This document shows positions 62,729 to 64,000 of a stretch of DNA of 64,000 bases, piece after piece. Below the pieces are notes generated by a model. It ran no database searches. It saw nothing but the letters and a program-made list of their open reading frames with translations, and had not been told where the DNA came from. Origin of the DNA: Klebsormidium nitens. Lineage: Eukaryota > Plantae > Klebsormidiophyceae. Position 1 is the stretch's first letter. Every line of letters starts with the position of its first letter. The position numbers and the translations under genes were made by a program. The stretch covers positions 43,683-107,682 of the forward strand of contig DF237251.1 of the NCBI GenBank assembly GCA_000708835.1. Reading direction: 5' to 3'.

Positions 62729-63050
62729 TGACCACACCTTGTCATTTCATTACCGAATTTATACCACTCACAGTGTTATTCTTCATGATGAAGCCCAATG
62801 CAAGTTTCGATCTACTCACTTGTCAGTCAGACCGGCCATTCATGCCATTTGGAAGCATGTGGCGAGCAGTTTCGGTCCTGTGTTGGACCACACCTTGTGA
62901 ATAGTTATTAAGAGTTCCACTCTTTGCTAGGAAGAGCCATATACAAGGTGTGGTCCGGCCGTCCATACGTCAAGCCGGCCATCTAGTTGTGGACCGTACG
63001 TTGTCAGTACTTCCATGCAAGTCTCCAGAGCCATTTGCAACTTGTGGTCA
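62729..63050 (-). repeat. Palindromic-box repeat array, cluster 4 (3' of the helicase stop)
   Basis: Full unit at 62885-62956, with degenerate units starting at ~62729 and ~62991. Confidence 0.9.
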
Positions 63051-63488
63051 CAATCGGAATACCGAGTAGAAGCAACAAACGGAAGTTGTGTGCAATGATA
63101 CTTTGTGAAATTTCTTTGCAAACGATACTCCAACCGTTTGAATGGATGCATTCTTTGGCTATAGACCGCAATCGCGCTTCGCGATTATAGAGATGGACAA
63201 AGCCGTGCTCGAAAGCGCTCGATCTGCAATTGTTAGATGTTATCGTGAATTTGGATTACTTGAGACCATTTTGGATGCCTCCGCTCTTGGCGGCATGCGC
63301 GCGCTCACTGTAACGTTTCTGCCCTCAAGACACATTGGACGCCATGAGATGATAAGCTCCTTTTTTAAAGGGGTGCTTGGTTAATGACACCTTTGGATGG
63401 GAGTCTGGGTGATAATCCAGGAACGCCCATAAGTTATGCATAGTCAATATAGCCTATGCCATGATGCCAATAAGCGATTCCATCATCA

Positions 63489-63950
63489 ATGGAATGTATG
63501 CATCCAATAATCCGATACGCTACACTCACCGAGCCGTTTGACCTCCGTCATATCATTAGAGCGCTCGTGCGATCATTGGTTGCCGAGGGTTTTTATGCGT
63601 TTTGGGACAGGACAGGCGTCGATGGGCCATATGCAAGAAAGGTGAGTTGGCGAACCGCATTGAATCGCGCAGTTCAAGCACGACGCCGTGCACGGCAGTT
63701 GCGAGTCAGAACGACCCCCCGTGCAAATAAGCATGATATGGCAGCGTCATCTTCCATGAAATGCGTAACAGCAAGAGCGGTGTCCCCATCACCCTCGTGT
63801 CGTGCCCCAAGCCTTGTTGTGTGGGACGACCACGAGCCAGTTTTGGGCCTTGAGATGCTTGCGAATCCGGAGAAGGCTCGAGTTGCTCACGAAGCCTCTG
63901 AAAACATGTCGCCCAGATTACGGGAATGTGCCAAAAGTTGCCATCTTTGA
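63489..63950 (+). CDS. Intronless 153-aa ORF of unknown function
   Basis: ATG-initiated ORF in the island's 3' flank; no recognisable motif. Confidence 0.3.
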   Translation: MECMHPIIRYATLTEPFDLRHIIRALVRSLVAEGFYAFWDRTGVDGPYARKVSWRTALNRAVQARRRARQLRVRTTPRANKHDMAASSSMKCVTARAVSPSPSCRAPSLVVWDDHEPVLGLEMLANPEKARVAHEASENMSPRLRECAKSCHL

Positions 63951-64000
63951 ATTCTGTACCTTGCCAGTCACAATATCCAGCGCCAGTATATTTTCAGCTG

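Noticed and set aside
53102-63050. CRISPR array interpretation of the box repeats
   Set aside because: The units are ~72 bp and internally divergent. The linkers are homologous to each other (e.g. AGAAG.ATGT.GC.AGCAG and GACCGGCCAT recur) rather than unique. The DNA is eukaryotic and no cas genes are present.
1-64000. rRNA, tRNA or structured ncRNA genes
   Set aside because: None recognised by eye; a covariance-model scan would be needed to exclude them.

Overview
Eukaryotic nuclear DNA with GC-rich exons, GT-AG introns and three N-gaps (30444-30462, 49285-49585, 56250-56650). The gene set indicates a green-plant lineage, most likely a streptophyte alga such as Klebsormidium (inference). Bases 1-42 kb hold ordinary host genes: a plastid DnaJ/4Fe-4S protein, glutaminyl cyclase, a conserved plant hypothetical protein, an F-box/LRR protein, an At1g27090/caprin-like RGG protein, RBR, FLU and a BAHD-like acyltransferase, plus several MITEs, one nested in another. 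Bases 42.4-64 kb form an accessory island. The main result is that the separate primase ORF (58185-59528) and helicase ORF (60347-62533) join in frame across a canonical 890-bp intron. Nine further phase-compatible exons extend the gene upstream to at least 51619, giving one spliced ORF of about 1,850 aa. Its order is: Cys/His finger resembling EsV-1-7, 2A-like peptide, acidic disordered region, PrimPol/herpes-pox-type AEP primase with Zn finger, UL9/origin-binding-type SF2 helicase. Three of its introns and its 3' flank carry arrays of a ~72-bp unit bounded by a conserved 13-bp inverted box (GGACCACACCTTG...CAAGGTGTGGTCC), which look like candidate replication-origin iterons. A Crinkler-type REase-kinase gene lies head-to-head with it, a small antisense ORF is nested in one intron, and a diverged copy of its upstream region sits at ~42.5 kb. 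Together these suggest an undescribed intron-acquiring, virus-derived replicative element or its domesticated remnant. All gene models were derived by eye from splice signals and remembered protein motifs; no database searches were run.
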